Positions 8,333 through 18,825 of a stretch of 32,000 nt of DNA are shown piece after piece. Position 1 is the stretch's first letter. Every line of letters begins with the position of its first letter. A model generated the notes under the pieces. It was not told the DNA's origin. It was given only the letters and a program-made list of their open reading frames with translations, and did not search any database. The position numbers and the translations under genes are program-made. The stretch spans positions 480,001 to 512,000 of the forward strand of contig NZ_OZ060402.1 in NCBI RefSeq assembly GCF_964059045.1, in the 5' to 3' direction. Origin of the DNA: Candidatus Saccharimonadota bacterium. GTDB taxonomy: Bacteria; Pseudomonadota; Gammaproteobacteria; Enterobacterales; Enterobacteriaceae.

Positions 8333-10675
8333 ATGAATATTGAGCTTTCTAAACGCATTGAAATTCCTGTGTTACCATTAAGAGACGTAGTTGTATATCC
8401 ATATATGGTAATTCCGTTATTTGTAGGTCGTGAAAAATCAATTAAATGTATTGAAGCAGCCATGACTCACGATAAAAAAATTATGCTAATAGCTCAAAAA
8501 GAAGCTACTACAGATGAACCGAATATAAATGATTTATTTAAAATAGGAACAATATCTTCCATTCTACAAATGTTGAAACTCCCTGATGGAACTGTAAAAG
8601 TTTTAGTTGAAGGATTACAAAGAGCTAATATTCAATTACTAATCAATAAAGGACAATATTTTTCTGCAGAAATAGAATATCTAAATTCTTCAAAAATCGA
8701 AGACAAAGAAAAAGAAATACTAATTTCAACTACAATTAACACATTTGAAAAATATGTAAAAAACAATAAAAAAACATCAATAGAAATATTAAATTCTATT
8801 CAAAATATTAAAAATGCTGAAAGATTAGCTGATACTATAGCCGCTAATATACCTTTAAAATTAATCAATAAACAATCTATTTTAGAAACATGTAATATTA
8901 ACGAAAGACTTGAATATATTATGGCTATGATGGAAACAGAAATTGAATTATTATCAATTGAAAAAAAAATCAGAAATCGTGTAAAAAAACAAATGGAAAA
9001 AAGTCAAAGAGAATATTATCTTAATGAACAAATGAAAGCAATTCAAAGAGAATTAGGAGAAATGGATGAAATACCAGACGAACATGAATTATTAAAAAGA
9101 AAAATTAAATCTGCAAAAATGCCAAAAGAAGCTAAAGAAAAAACAGAATCTGAATTACAAAAATTAAAAATGATGTCATCAATATCTGCCGAAGCTACCG
9201 TTGTTCGTAGTTATATTGAATGGATGATACAAGTGCCATGGAATAAAAGAAGTAAAATAAAAAAAGATATCAACAAAGCAAAAAAAATATTAGATATTGA
9301 TCATTATGGTCTTGAAAATGTAAAAGAAAGAATTTTAGAATATCTAGCAATTCAAAATAGAATCTCTAAAGTAAAAGGTCCCATCTTATGTTTAGTGGGA
9401 CCACCAGGAGTAGGTAAAACTTCATTAGGTAAATCAATTGCTAAAGCAACAGGAAGAAAATATATCAGAATGGCTTTAGGAGGAATTAGAGACGAAGCAG
9501 AAATCAGAGGACACAGACGTACTTATATCGGTTCCATGCCAGGTAAACTAATTCAAAAATTATCAAAAATTGGAGTAAATAATCCTCTTTTTTTATTAGA
9601 TGAAATTGATAAAATGTCTTGTGATATGAGAGTTGATCCAGTTTCAGCATTATTAGAAGTATTAGATCCTGAACAAAATGTTTCTTTTAATGACCATTAT
9701 TTAGAAGTCGATTATGATTTATCAGATGTCATGTTTGTTGCTACTTCAAATTCAATGAATATACCAGCTCCATTATTAGATAGAATGGAAGTTATTAGAC
9801 TTTCTGGTTATACTGAAGATGAAAAATTAAATATTGCTAAAGCACATTTAAAAAACAAACAAATTCATAGAAATGCCTTAAAATATGACGAATTAACTAT
9901 AGAAGATAACGCTATTACTAGTATTATTCGTTATTACACAAGAGAAGCTGGTGTAAGAAATTTAGAAAGAGAAATATCCAAAATATGTCGTAAAACAGTA
10001 AAATCAATTTTATTAGATAAATCAATTAAACATATCCAAATTAATGAAAATAATTTAAAAAAATATTTAGGTGTTAAACGTTTTGATTATGGAAAAACAG
10101 AAAACAAAAATCAAATAGGACAAGTGATTGGGTTAGCATGGACAGAAGTAGGAGGTGATTTGCTGACTATTGAAGCTGCATGTATCTCAGGAAAAGGTAA
10201 ATTAACTTATACCGGTTCATTAGGAGAAGTAATGCAAGAATCAATTCAAGCTGCATTAACAGTAGTTAGATCTCAATCAAAAAAATTAAAAATCAAACAA
10301 AATTTTTATGAAAAACATGACATTCATATTCATGTACCAGAAGGAGCTACTCCAAAAGACGGACCTAGTGCAGGTATCGCAATGTGTACGGCTATAGTAT
10401 CTTGTTTTACAAATAATCCTGTTCAATCTAATATTGCCATGACAGGAGAAATTACATTAAGAGGTCAAATACTACCTATTGGTGGACTAAAAGAAAAATT
10501 ATTAGCTGCCCATAGAGGAGGTGTAAAACAAGTTTTAATTCCTAAAAAAAATCAACGCGATTTAGAAGAAATACCAAAAAATATTCTATCTGGTTTACAT
10601 ATACATCCAGTAAAACATATCAAAGAAGTATTATTAATAGCATTAAAACACAATCCATACACTACAGTAAATTAA
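8333..10675 (+). CDS. lon: Lon protease (ATP-dependent protease La)
   Basis: 780 aa. It has Walker A GPPGVGKTS, the catalytic Ser context PKDGPSAG and the Lys context GGLKEKLLAAHRGG. It is collinear with the 784-aa E. coli Lon. Confidence 0.98.
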   Translation: MNIELSKRIEIPVLPLRDVVVYPYMVIPLFVGREKSIKCIEAAMTHDKKIMLIAQKEATTDEPNINDLFKIGTISSILQMLKLPDGTVKVLVEGLQRANIQLLINKGQYFSAEIEYLNSSKIEDKEKEILISTTINTFEKYVKNNKKTSIEILNSIQNIKNAERLADTIAANIPLKLINKQSILETCNINERLEYIMAMMETEIELLSIEKKIRNRVKKQMEKSQREYYLNEQMKAIQRELGEMDEIPDEHELLKRKIKSAKMPKEAKEKTESELQKLKMMSSISAEATVVRSYIEWMIQVPWNKRSKIKKDINKAKKILDIDHYGLENVKERILEYLAIQNRISKVKGPILCLVGPPGVGKTSLGKSIAKATGRKYIRMALGGIRDEAEIRGHRRTYIGSMPGKLIQKLSKIGVNNPLFLLDEIDKMSCDMRVDPVSALLEVLDPEQNVSFNDHYLEVDYDLSDVMFVATSNSMNIPAPLLDRMEVIRLSGYTEDEKLNIAKAHLKNKQIHRNALKYDELTIEDNAITSIIRYYTREAGVRNLEREISKICRKTVKSILLDKSIKHIQINENNLKKYLGVKRFDYGKTENKNQIGQVIGLAWTEVGGDLLTIEAACISGKGKLTYTGSLGEVMQESIQAALTVVRSQSKKLKIKQNFYEKHDIHIHVPEGATPKDGPSAGIAMCTAIVSCFTNNPVQSNIAMTGEITLRGQILPIGGLKEKLLAAHRGGVKQVLIPKKNQRDLEEIPKNILSGLHIHPVKHIKEVLLIALKHNPYTTVN

Positions 10676-10706
10676 ATATTTTTATTAAAAATATAATATT
10701 TTTTTT

Positions 10707-10736
10707 AATTGGTTGGGAAAAATTTTCCAGCCAATT
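10707..10736. terminator. GC-containing stem-loop 32 nt downstream of lon; candidate terminator with non-canonical flanks
   Basis: AATTGGTTGG / CCAGCCAATT form 10 pairs including one G.U. A T8 run precedes the stem on the + strand, and no U tract follows it. Confidence 0.35.
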
Positions 10737-10841
10737 AAATCCATTAAAACATAAATTATGTATGTTTTATATAACTATATTATGCATAAAATTTAAAATA
10801 TATAGTTTCGATTATAAAAATTATAAAAATGGCATTTTAAT

Positions 10842-12713
10842 ATGATTAAATATTTTAACATATTCTCAAAAAAAATTATTTTAAAAATTATTTTAATAAT
10901 AATATTAATATCCATCATATGTAATAATATTAAAAATTACCAATACAAAACAACAAAAATATACGCAGCAAAAGTAAATAATGAAATCATTAGCTATCAA
11001 CAAATAAAATACATATATATGTTAACTGAAAAACAACAAAAAAAAGAACTAGGGAGGGGATTTTCAAAAATAATTAATACAAAAAAAAATCAAGAAATTA
11101 CTTATAATACAATTTTAAAAAATATGATTAATGAAATAATTTTAAAACAATATGCAATAAAATTAGGATTTGATATATCTAATAAAGATATTAAAAAAAT
11201 AATTTCTAAAATACCTTATTTTCAAAAAAATAATAAATTTAATTATAATTTATATCTTGAAAAATTAAAAAATATAGGAACTAATAGTTATGAATACGAA
11301 AATAACTTAAAACAATACAAAATAAAAGAACAAATCATGCAAAAAATTACTGATAGTGATTTTACATTAAAACATGAAAATAATTTTTTTATAAAATTAT
11401 TATCAGAAAAAAGAATGATTAAAAATATACATATCAAAATGAAAAACTTATTTAAAAAACAAAAAATCAATAATCAAAAATGTTATGAATATTTTCAAAA
11501 ATATTCGAATTTATTTATTTTACCTGAAAAATTCAAAATAGATTATATCAAAATTAAAATGAATAAAATACCTATTCATGTCAATAATATAGAAATAAAA
11601 AATTGGTATTTTAAAAATATTAAAAAATATATAAATCCAGAAAGTAAAAAATATAGTATGATACAAACTAATTCATTAGAAGAATCTCAAAAAATATTAT
11701 CCTATTTAAAAAAAAATAAAAAATTTTTTTATTTAGCAAAAAAATATTCTATTGATCCTATATCATCAATATCAGGAGGTAATATAGGATGGATCAAAAT
11801 TAATCATGAAACACCAGAAATAAAAAAAATAAAATTAAATAAAATTAATCAAATTTCTCCAATTATTAAATCAAAAATTGGATATTTAATATTCCAATTA
11901 AATCAAATTCACTCTAGTTCTATTAAACCATTATCTGAAGTTAAAAATACTATCTTTAAAATAATAAAACGAAAAAAACAAATTTTAAAAAAACAATATA
12001 TCAAAAAATTAATTAATCATGATCATTATAAAAAATTAGAAAAAATATCAAAAAAAATATATACAAACACAAGAATAAATAATATTCAAACAAATTGGTT
12101 TAGTAAAGATTTTAATGTTTACAATAATGAAAAAAAAGATATAATTCAATATATTTTTAATACAAAAAAAGATAAGAATAAAAATAACATAAATCAAAAT
12201 ATTCAATTAATAAACATCAATGACAATATTATTTATCTTATTAAAATTCAAAAATATATTCAAAAACAAAAAATAAAATTTAAGAATGTAAAAAATGACA
12301 TCCAATCTATTTTACAATATCAAAAAAATAGAAAAGAAATTTTTAAAATAAGCAAAAAAATTATTTTAGAAATTAATAAAAATGAAAGAAAAACGATTAA
12401 AAAATATCAATTAATTGTTGAAAAACCAATAATAATTCATAGAAATAATCAAAATGATCTTTCTAATTTAGTTTTTAAACTAAATTATCCTCACCAAGAA
12501 AAAAAAATTTTTACCTTAAAAGAAAAAAAAAATGGAGATGTAGTAATAATATCATTATATAAAATTATTAATAATAATATAAATAGTCAAGAAAAAAAAA
12601 TGATTACAAGTTATTTAAATCAATATCAAAAAACAATAATATTAAAAAATTTCTTACTTAATCTCAAAAAAACATCAGATATAAAATATGGCAATCAAAA
12701 ATTTTTTAAATGA
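10842..12713 (+). CDS. ppiD: periplasmic chaperone / parvulin-type PPIase PpiD (highly diverged, Lys/Asn/Ile-rich)
   Basis: 623 aa, the same length as E. coli PpiD. It has an N-terminal TM segment. YAAKVNNEIIS, GGNIGWI and TNWFSKD align with E. coli YAAKVNGQEIS, GGDMGWL and TGWFSKD. Confidence 0.85.
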   Translation: MIKYFNIFSKKIILKIILIIILISIICNNIKNYQYKTTKIYAAKVNNEIISYQQIKYIYMLTEKQQKKELGRGFSKIINTKKNQEITYNTILKNMINEIILKQYAIKLGFDISNKDIKKIISKIPYFQKNNKFNYNLYLEKLKNIGTNSYEYENNLKQYKIKEQIMQKITDSDFTLKHENNFFIKLLSEKRMIKNIHIKMKNLFKKQKINNQKCYEYFQKYSNLFILPEKFKIDYIKIKMNKIPIHVNNIEIKNWYFKNIKKYINPESKKYSMIQTNSLEESQKILSYLKKNKKFFYLAKKYSIDPISSISGGNIGWIKINHETPEIKKIKLNKINQISPIIKSKIGYLIFQLNQIHSSSIKPLSEVKNTIFKIIKRKKQILKKQYIKKLINHDHYKKLEKISKKIYTNTRINNIQTNWFSKDFNVYNNEKKDIIQYIFNTKKDKNKNNINQNIQLININDNIIYLIKIQKYIQKQKIKFKNVKNDIQSILQYQKNRKEIFKISKKIILEINKNERKTIKKYQLIVEKPIIIHRNNQNDLSNLVFKLNYPHQEKKIFTLKEKKNGDVVIISLYKIINNNINSQEKKMITSYLNQYQKTIILKNFLLNLKKTSDIKYGNQKFFK

Positions 12714-13108
12714 TTTTTACAATAAAAAATATTAAACATTAAAATATATTTTTTAATATAATGAAAATATCAATAAACATTTAACAGAATTAAAACTTTT
12801 ATTGATGCAAATTAATTTTTAAAACAAAAATATTTAAATATTTTTTAAATAATATTCTAAAAAATAAAAAACAAAAATATATTGAATAAAAAAATAATAT
12901 TTTCAAATTTAAAAAACTATAATTTTTATGATAATACATTTTTTAAACATTTGTTTTTTAATAAAAGTTCAATTCATAATTACAATTCTTATTTTTAAAG
13001 ATTTTTATTTATAAAAACAACTATTATATCGATAAAAATAAAAAATAAAAATAATAATCAAAAATAATAATAACATCACATTAAATTATTTAAATTGTAG
13101 GAATCCTT

Positions 13109-14860
13109 GTGCAACTATTTAGACAATTAAAATGGTATTTTATAAAAGAATGGAAAAGATATTTAGGATCAATTTCTTTATTAATAATAATTTCTATTTT
13201 ACAACTATTACCCCCAAAATTAGTAGGAATTATTGTAGATATAGTAATGCAACCAAAAATCCATAATCATAAAAACACAATAATATGGATCATAATAATG
13301 TTTTTTACTGCATTAGCAGTATATATACTACGTTATATATGGAGAATACTATTATTCGGGGCTTCATATCAACTAGCTGTTGAATTAAGAATTAAATTTT
13401 ATTCCTGTTTAAGTAAACAAGAATCAGTTTTTTATTTAAAAAACAGAACTGGTGATCTGATGGCAAGAGGAATTAATGACGTCGATAAAGTTGTTTTTGC
13501 AGCCGGAGAAGGAGTTTTAACTTTAGTAGACTCATTAGTCATGGGTTGTTCAGTATTACTTGTTATGAGTCATCAAATTAATTTTCAATTAACCATGATT
13601 TCTTTACTTCCAATGCCTATAATGGCAATATTAATCAATAGATATGGAAAACAATTACATCAATATTTTAAACAAGCCCAAGCAGCATTTTCATCTCTCA
13701 ATAATCAAGCTCAAGAAAGTTTAACAAGCATTAGAATGATAAGAGCTTTTGGATTAGAAAAACATCAATCAAAAAAATTTTTTTATACAGCAAATGAAGC
13801 TGGTAAAAAAAATATGAAAGTTGCTAAAATAGATGCTAAATTTGATCCAACCATACATTTATCTATTGCTTTTTCTAATTTACTAGCTATTACTTTTGGA
13901 GGATGGTTGGTATGGCATGGAAAAATTAGTTTAGGTCAATTAACAAGTTTTATTATGTATTTAGGATTGATGATATGGCCTATGTTAGCATTTGCATGGA
14001 TGTTTAATATTGTAGAACGAGGGAGTGCTGCTTGGGATCGTATACAATCAGTCTTAAAACAAAACAAAAATATTTATAATGGAAAAATAAATGTTCCTAA
14101 AAAATCCGGTGATCTAGAAATACAAATAGAAAAATTTTATTATCCAGAAAATATTAATATTTGTTTAAAAAAAATTAATATTTCTATCAAACCTGGTCAT
14201 AAAATCGGTATTTGTGGACCTACTGGATCTGGAAAAAGCACTTTAATTAGATTAATTCAAAAAAATTTTAATATTTCTCAAGGTAAAATTCTTTATCATA
14301 ATTGTTCTTTGTCTAATTTCAAAATAAAACAATGGAGAAAGAAATTAGCTGTTGTTAATCAAACTACTTTTTTGTTTTCAGATAGTATATCTAATAATAT
14401 TGCTTTTGGAAAACCAGATGCTACTCAAAAAGAAATAGAAGAAGTAGCAAAAATCTCTTATGTTCATAAAGATATTATCAGATTACAAAATGGATATAAA
14501 ACAAAAGTAGGAGAAAAAGGAGTAATGTTATCAGGAGGACAAAAGCAAAGAATTTCTATTGCAAGAGCATTGTTATTAAGATCAGAATTTTTAATATTAG
14601 ATGATGCTCTGTCTTCTATTGATGCATATACTGAAAATAAAATTTTAAATAATTTACAATTATGGAATAAAAACCAACATACAATAATACTTACAGCTCA
14701 TCGATTATCAGCATTATCCAAAATGAATGAAATTATTGTAATGAAAAATGGTTCAATTAATCAAAGAGGATCACATAATGATCTAATGAGAGAAAAAAAT
14801 TGGTATAGCGATACATATTTATATCAAGAATTACAAAAAAATCTGAATAATAAAAAATAA
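13109..14860 (+). CDS. mdlA: ABC exporter, fused TMD-NBD subunit MdlA
   Basis: 583 aa with a GTG start and an AGGA SD about 7 nt upstream. The N-terminus (M)[10 protein letters not shown] aligns with E. coli MRLFAQLSWYF. Walker [10 protein letters not shown], signature LSGGQKQR and Walker B LILDDALS are present. Confidence 0.93.
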   Translation: MQLFRQLKWYFIKEWKRYLGSISLLIIISILQLLPPKLVGIIVDIVMQPKIHNHKNTIIWIIIMFFTALAVYILRYIWRILLFGASYQLAVELRIKFYSCLSKQESVFYLKNRTGDLMARGINDVDKVVFAAGEGVLTLVDSLVMGCSVLLVMSHQINFQLTMISLLPMPIMAILINRYGKQLHQYFKQAQAAFSSLNNQAQESLTSIRMIRAFGLEKHQSKKFFYTANEAGKKNMKVAKIDAKFDPTIHLSIAFSNLLAITFGGWLVWHGKISLGQLTSFIMYLGLMIWPMLAFAWMFNIVERGSAAWDRIQSVLKQNKNIYNGKINVPKKSGDLEIQIEKFYYPENINICLKKINISIKPGHKIGICGPTGSGKSTLIRLIQKNFNISQGKILYHNCSLSNFKIKQWRKKLAVVNQTTFLFSDSISNNIAFGKPDATQKEIEEVAKISYVHKDIIRLQNGYKTKVGEKGVMLSGGQKQRISIARALLLRSEFLILDDALSSIDAYTENKILNNLQLWNKNQHTIILTAHRLSALSKMNEIIVMKNGSINQRGSHNDLMREKNWYSDTYLYQELQKNLNNKK

Positions 14861-14875
14861 AAGGATAATTAAATT

Positions 14876-16624
14876 ATGGCTAATTTGATAAAATTTTGGC
14901 CTATACTTAAACGTTTGCTAAAATATGGAATACCTTGGAAAAAATTGTTATTTTTAGCTAGTATATTACTATTAATCGCATCCATTGCTGAAGTTTTAGG
15001 ACCAATACTAATTAGTTATTTTATTCATCATATTTTAGAAAAACAATGTTTTAATATAAAAAAAATATTATCTATTATAATTTATTTTATAGCATTACAA
15101 ATTATTTCAATATCTTTACATTATCTTCAAACAATTTTATTTAGTAAAATAGCTATTAATATAGTACAAAAATTAAGATCTGAAGTAATAAATGCTGCAT
15201 TAAAACAACCTATGTCTATTTTTGATACACAACAAATCGGACAAATTATATCAAAAGTTACCAATGATACAGAAGTAATAAAAGAACTATATGACACTGT
15301 CATAGTAACATTTTTTCGTAGTATAACGTTAATTAGTGTGATACTTGTAGCTATGTTTACTTTAGAATGGCGTATGGCATTAATTTCGATTACTATTTTC
15401 CCATTTATTATTGTTGTAATGATTATTTATCAACATTACAGTATACCTATTTTGAGAAATATTCGTTATAATTTAGCTAATATTAATAATAAATTCAATG
15501 AAATTATTAATGGAATGGATGTTATACAACAATTTTCACAACAAACAAGATTTAAAAAATCAATACAGAATACATGCCAAGAACATTATAATGCTAGAAT
15601 GAAAACTTTAAAGTTAGATGGGTTTTTACTTAGACCTCTTTTAAGTTTATATTCAGCAATTATTTTATCAAGTTTAATGATTTTATTTAGTGTATTTCCA
15701 ATGAATTTTTTTGAAGTAGGCGTACTATATGCATTTATAAATTATTTAGGTCGTTTAAATGAGCCATTAGTGGCTATCACTACTCAACAATCTATTTTAC
15801 AACAAGCAATAGTTGCTGGAGAAAGAATATTTGAACTCATTGATGCACCTCAAGAATATTATGGACATGATGAAATTCCTTTAAAAAGTGGACAAATTGA
15901 AATAAAAAATTTAAATTTTAAATATCAAAAAGACTCAATAAATAACATATTAAATAATATTAATATAAAAATACCATCAAAAAGTTTTTTTGCATTTGTA
16001 GGTTACACTGGAAGCGGGAAAAGTACTTTAGCTAATATTCTAATGAAATATTATCCTATTGAAGAAGGAGAAATTTATTTCGATAATAGACCTTTATATT
16101 CATTAAGTCATAAGTTATTAAGAAATAGCATCAGCATGGTCCAACAAGATCCTATAATTCTTGCTGATACTTTTATGTCTAATATTACATTAGGTAAAAA
16201 TGTATCAGAAGAAACCGTATGGAAAATATTAGAAAAAGTAAAATTAGCTAATTTAGCTAAATCAATGAAAAATGGTATTCATTCTTTATTAGGTGAACAA
16301 GGAAATAATCTATCTGCCGGTCAAAAACAATTATTAGCTATTGCTAGAATATTAATATTACATCCAAAAATTTTAATATTAGATGAAGCTACCTCTAATA
16401 TAGATTCCGAAACAGAACAAGCTATTCAAAAAACAATTTCATTTATTCAAAAAAAAAGCACTTTAATTGTGATAGCACATAGATTATCTACTATTATAGA
16501 AGCAGATAAAATTATTGTTTTTGAAAAAGGAAATGTAATTGAATCAGGAACACATCAGCAATTAATTTCAATAAAAGGAAAATATTGGCAAATGTATAAA
16601 TTACAATTAAACCAAAAAAATTAA
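14876..16624 (+). CDS. mdlB: ABC exporter, fused TMD-NBD subunit MdlB
   Basis: 582 aa. Walker A GYTGSGKST, signature LSAGQKQL and Walker B LILDEATS are present. An AAGGA SD lies upstream. It starts 15 nt after mdlA. Confidence 0.93.
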   Translation: MANLIKFWPILKRLLKYGIPWKKLLFLASILLLIASIAEVLGPILISYFIHHILEKQCFNIKKILSIIIYFIALQIISISLHYLQTILFSKIAINIVQKLRSEVINAALKQPMSIFDTQQIGQIISKVTNDTEVIKELYDTVIVTFFRSITLISVILVAMFTLEWRMALISITIFPFIIVVMIIYQHYSIPILRNIRYNLANINNKFNEIINGMDVIQQFSQQTRFKKSIQNTCQEHYNARMKTLKLDGFLLRPLLSLYSAIILSSLMILFSVFPMNFFEVGVLYAFINYLGRLNEPLVAITTQQSILQQAIVAGERIFELIDAPQEYYGHDEIPLKSGQIEIKNLNFKYQKDSINNILNNINIKIPSKSFFAFVGYTGSGKSTLANILMKYYPIEEGEIYFDNRPLYSLSHKLLRNSISMVQQDPIILADTFMSNITLGKNVSEETVWKILEKVKLANLAKSMKNGIHSLLGEQGNNLSAGQKQLLAIARILILHPKILILDEATSNIDSETEQAIQKTISFIQKKSTLIVIAHRLSTIIEADKIIVFEKGNVIESGTHQQLISIKGKYWQMYKLQLNQKN

Positions 16625-16656
16625 TAATAATTACTATAATAAATTTTTTATTTTTA

Positions 16657-16764
16657 ATTTGTTCTGTTAGTTCTATTAGTACCTGCTTTATTTAATTTGG
16701 CTGCTTTTTTCCAAATCTGACCAGATAATTAAATTAACATTACTATGTTACTAACAGAACAAAT
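16657..16764 (-). ncRNA. ffs: 4.5S RNA (signal recognition particle RNA)
   Basis: The minus-strand read contains CUGGUCAGAUUUGGAAAAAAGCAGCCAAA. This is the domain IV motif of E. coli 4.5S RNA (CAGGUCAGGUCCGGAAGGAAGCAGCCAAGG) with the GGAA tetraloop intact. A 15-bp terminal stem (16657-16671 / 16750-16764) closes a 108-nt hairpin. A TATAAT lies at 16789..16784 upstream on the same strand. Confidence 0.88.
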
Positions 16765-16915
16765 ATATTAAAAATTATACTTTCAAAAATAATCATAACA
16801 TAATTATAAAAAAATATAAATATTATTTATATAAATTGTATTGAATTAGTATTTTAAAACATATTAATTTATAATATGATAATATATTAATAAATGAATT
16901 AAAATATATTAATAT

Positions 16916-18064
16916 ATGAAATATCAAGTATTAGCAAGAAAATGGAGACCACAAAATTTAGATCAAATAGCTGGTCAAAAAAATATAATTCAAGCTATTA
17001 AAAATAGTTTTATTTTAAACAGAATTCATCATGCTTGGTTATTATATGGAATGAGAGGTACTGGAAAAACCAGTATTGCTAGAATATTAGCTAAAATTCT
17101 TAATTGTAAAAATAAAAATAATGAAATAGCATGTAGAATATGTACAAATTGTAAAAATATAGAAAAAGGTACGTTTTTAGATCTGATAGAAGTAGATGCT
17201 GCTTCAAGAACGAAAGTAGAAGATATGAAAGACCTACTAAAAAATATACAATATTTACCTATAGAAGGTCAATTAAAAATTTATTTAATTGATGAAGTGC
17301 ATATGTTATCAAGACATAGTTTTAATGCTTTACTAAATTATATTGAAGAACCACCAATACATGTAAAATTTATTTTAGCTACAACAAATATAGAAAAAGT
17401 TCCTAAAACTATTATTTCTAGATGTTTGCAATTAAATTTAAAACCAATTAAAGAATTAGAAATAATTGATAAAATTAAATATATTTTAAAAAAAGAAAAA
17501 ATTAATTTTGAAGAACATGCTATTAAATATATTGCAAGAGTTTCAGAAGGTAGTTTAAGAGATGCATTAAGTTTAACTGAACATGCTATATTAATCGGGA
17601 AAGGAATGATTTCAGTTCAATTAATATTAGTTATAACAGGTTCACTTCATGATCATCAATCTATAAAAATTATTACCGCATTATTAAACAATCATACTGT
17701 ATCTATTACATATATATTTAAAAAAATTAATCAATTAAATATAGAATGGGATCAAATTTTATTAAATATATTAAGAATTTTACATCAAATAGCTATGATA
17801 CAATCTTTTCAATCTACTTGGGACAATTATGAATTTAGTAAAACAAATCATAATCAACTGATATATTTAGCAAAATCTATATCACCTCTATTGATTCATA
17901 AAAGTTATCAAGAATTGTTATTAGGAAGAAAAGAATTACCATTTGCACCAAATTCAAAAATAGGTGTTGAAATGTCTTTATTACGTTTAATCAATATTGC
18001 TAAAAAATACAACAAAACAAAAATCAAACAAAATATTGAAATTAAAAATAACAATATCAAATAA
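16916..18064 (+). CDS. dnaX: DNA polymerase III clamp-loader subunit DnaX, short form (domains I-III only)
   Basis: 382 aa. It has Walker A GMRGTGKTS, a Cys-rich Zn module NC...CRICTNC, Walker B DEVHMLS and the SRC motif ISRCLQ. It ends near the end of the clamp-loader core, whereas E. coli tau is 643 aa. Confidence 0.93.
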   Translation: MKYQVLARKWRPQNLDQIAGQKNIIQAIKNSFILNRIHHAWLLYGMRGTGKTSIARILAKILNCKNKNNEIACRICTNCKNIEKGTFLDLIEVDAASRTKVEDMKDLLKNIQYLPIEGQLKIYLIDEVHMLSRHSFNALLNYIEEPPIHVKFILATTNIEKVPKTIISRCLQLNLKPIKELEIIDKIKYILKKEKINFEEHAIKYIARVSEGSLRDALSLTEHAILIGKGMISVQLILVITGSLHDHQSIKIITALLNNHTVSITYIFKKINQLNIEWDQILLNILRILHQIAMIQSFQSTWDNYEFSKTNHNQLIYLAKSISPLLIHKSYQELLLGRKELPFAPNSKIGVEMSLLRLINIAKKYNKTKIKQNIEIKNNNIK

Positions 18065-18308
18065 AAATAAAAATAACCGATATCCAATTAAATAAAATGC
18101 AACAATATTAATTTTATAAATATAAAAAGTATATTCCAATAATAATATAAATTTTTATAATAAAAATTATATTATTAATTGATATTAAAAATAATCAATA
18201 ACATAAATATTTTTAAAAAAATTAATAACAAAGATCATAAAACAATATTAAATACATTTTAAATATTTTATATTTATCATAATTAATTTTTACTACAAAG
18301 GTGAAAAA

Positions 18309-18638
18309 ATGTTTAATAAAAATGGATTCGGTAATCTAATGCAAGAAGCAGAAAAAATGCAAGAAAAAATAGAACAAGCACAAAAAGAAATTTCTTTAAT
18401 GGAAGTTACAGGAGAATCAGGAGCTGGTTTAATAAAAATAACCATTAATGGTTCATATAACTGCACACAAGTAAAAATAGATCCTAGTTTACTTATTGAT
18501 GATATTGAAATATTAGAAGATCTTGCTGCAGCTGCTTTTAATGATGCTTCAAGAAGAATTAACGAAGCAAAAAAAAAGAAAATGGAAACAGTATCTACAG
18601 GAATGACTCTTCCTTCTGGGTTTAATATACCTACATAA
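18309..18638 (+). CDS. ybaB: nucleoid-associated protein YbaB/EbfC
   Basis: 109 aa. It is near-identical in pattern to E. coli YbaB ([44 protein letters not shown]). Confidence 0.95.
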   Translation: MFNKNGFGNLMQEAEKMQEKIEQAQKEISLMEVTGESGAGLIKITINGSYNCTQVKIDPSLLIDDIEILEDLAAAAFNDASRRINEAKKKKMETVSTGMTLPSGFNIPT

Positions 18639-18825
18639 TTAAAATAAATAAAATCTATATATTTAAATATATAAAAAATGTAATTAAATATTAGAAAATT
18701 ATTTTAAAAATATAAATTAATAAAACATAAAATATATATTTTTGAATAAAAAAATACAAAAAATATCATTAATAACTTATTATTTAAAAAATAAAAAATT
18801 TATATTTATTCTCAAGGATTAATAA

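Noticed and set aside
12826-12845. Short AT-only palindromes: 20 nt at 12826-12845, 23 nt at 30569-30591 just before def, about 18 nt after ybaB near 18656, and one at the folD/cysS junction around 22600-22620
   Set aside because: With arms of 11 bp or less made only of A/T, these are expected by chance in several kb of two-letter sequence. The stems would be very weak.
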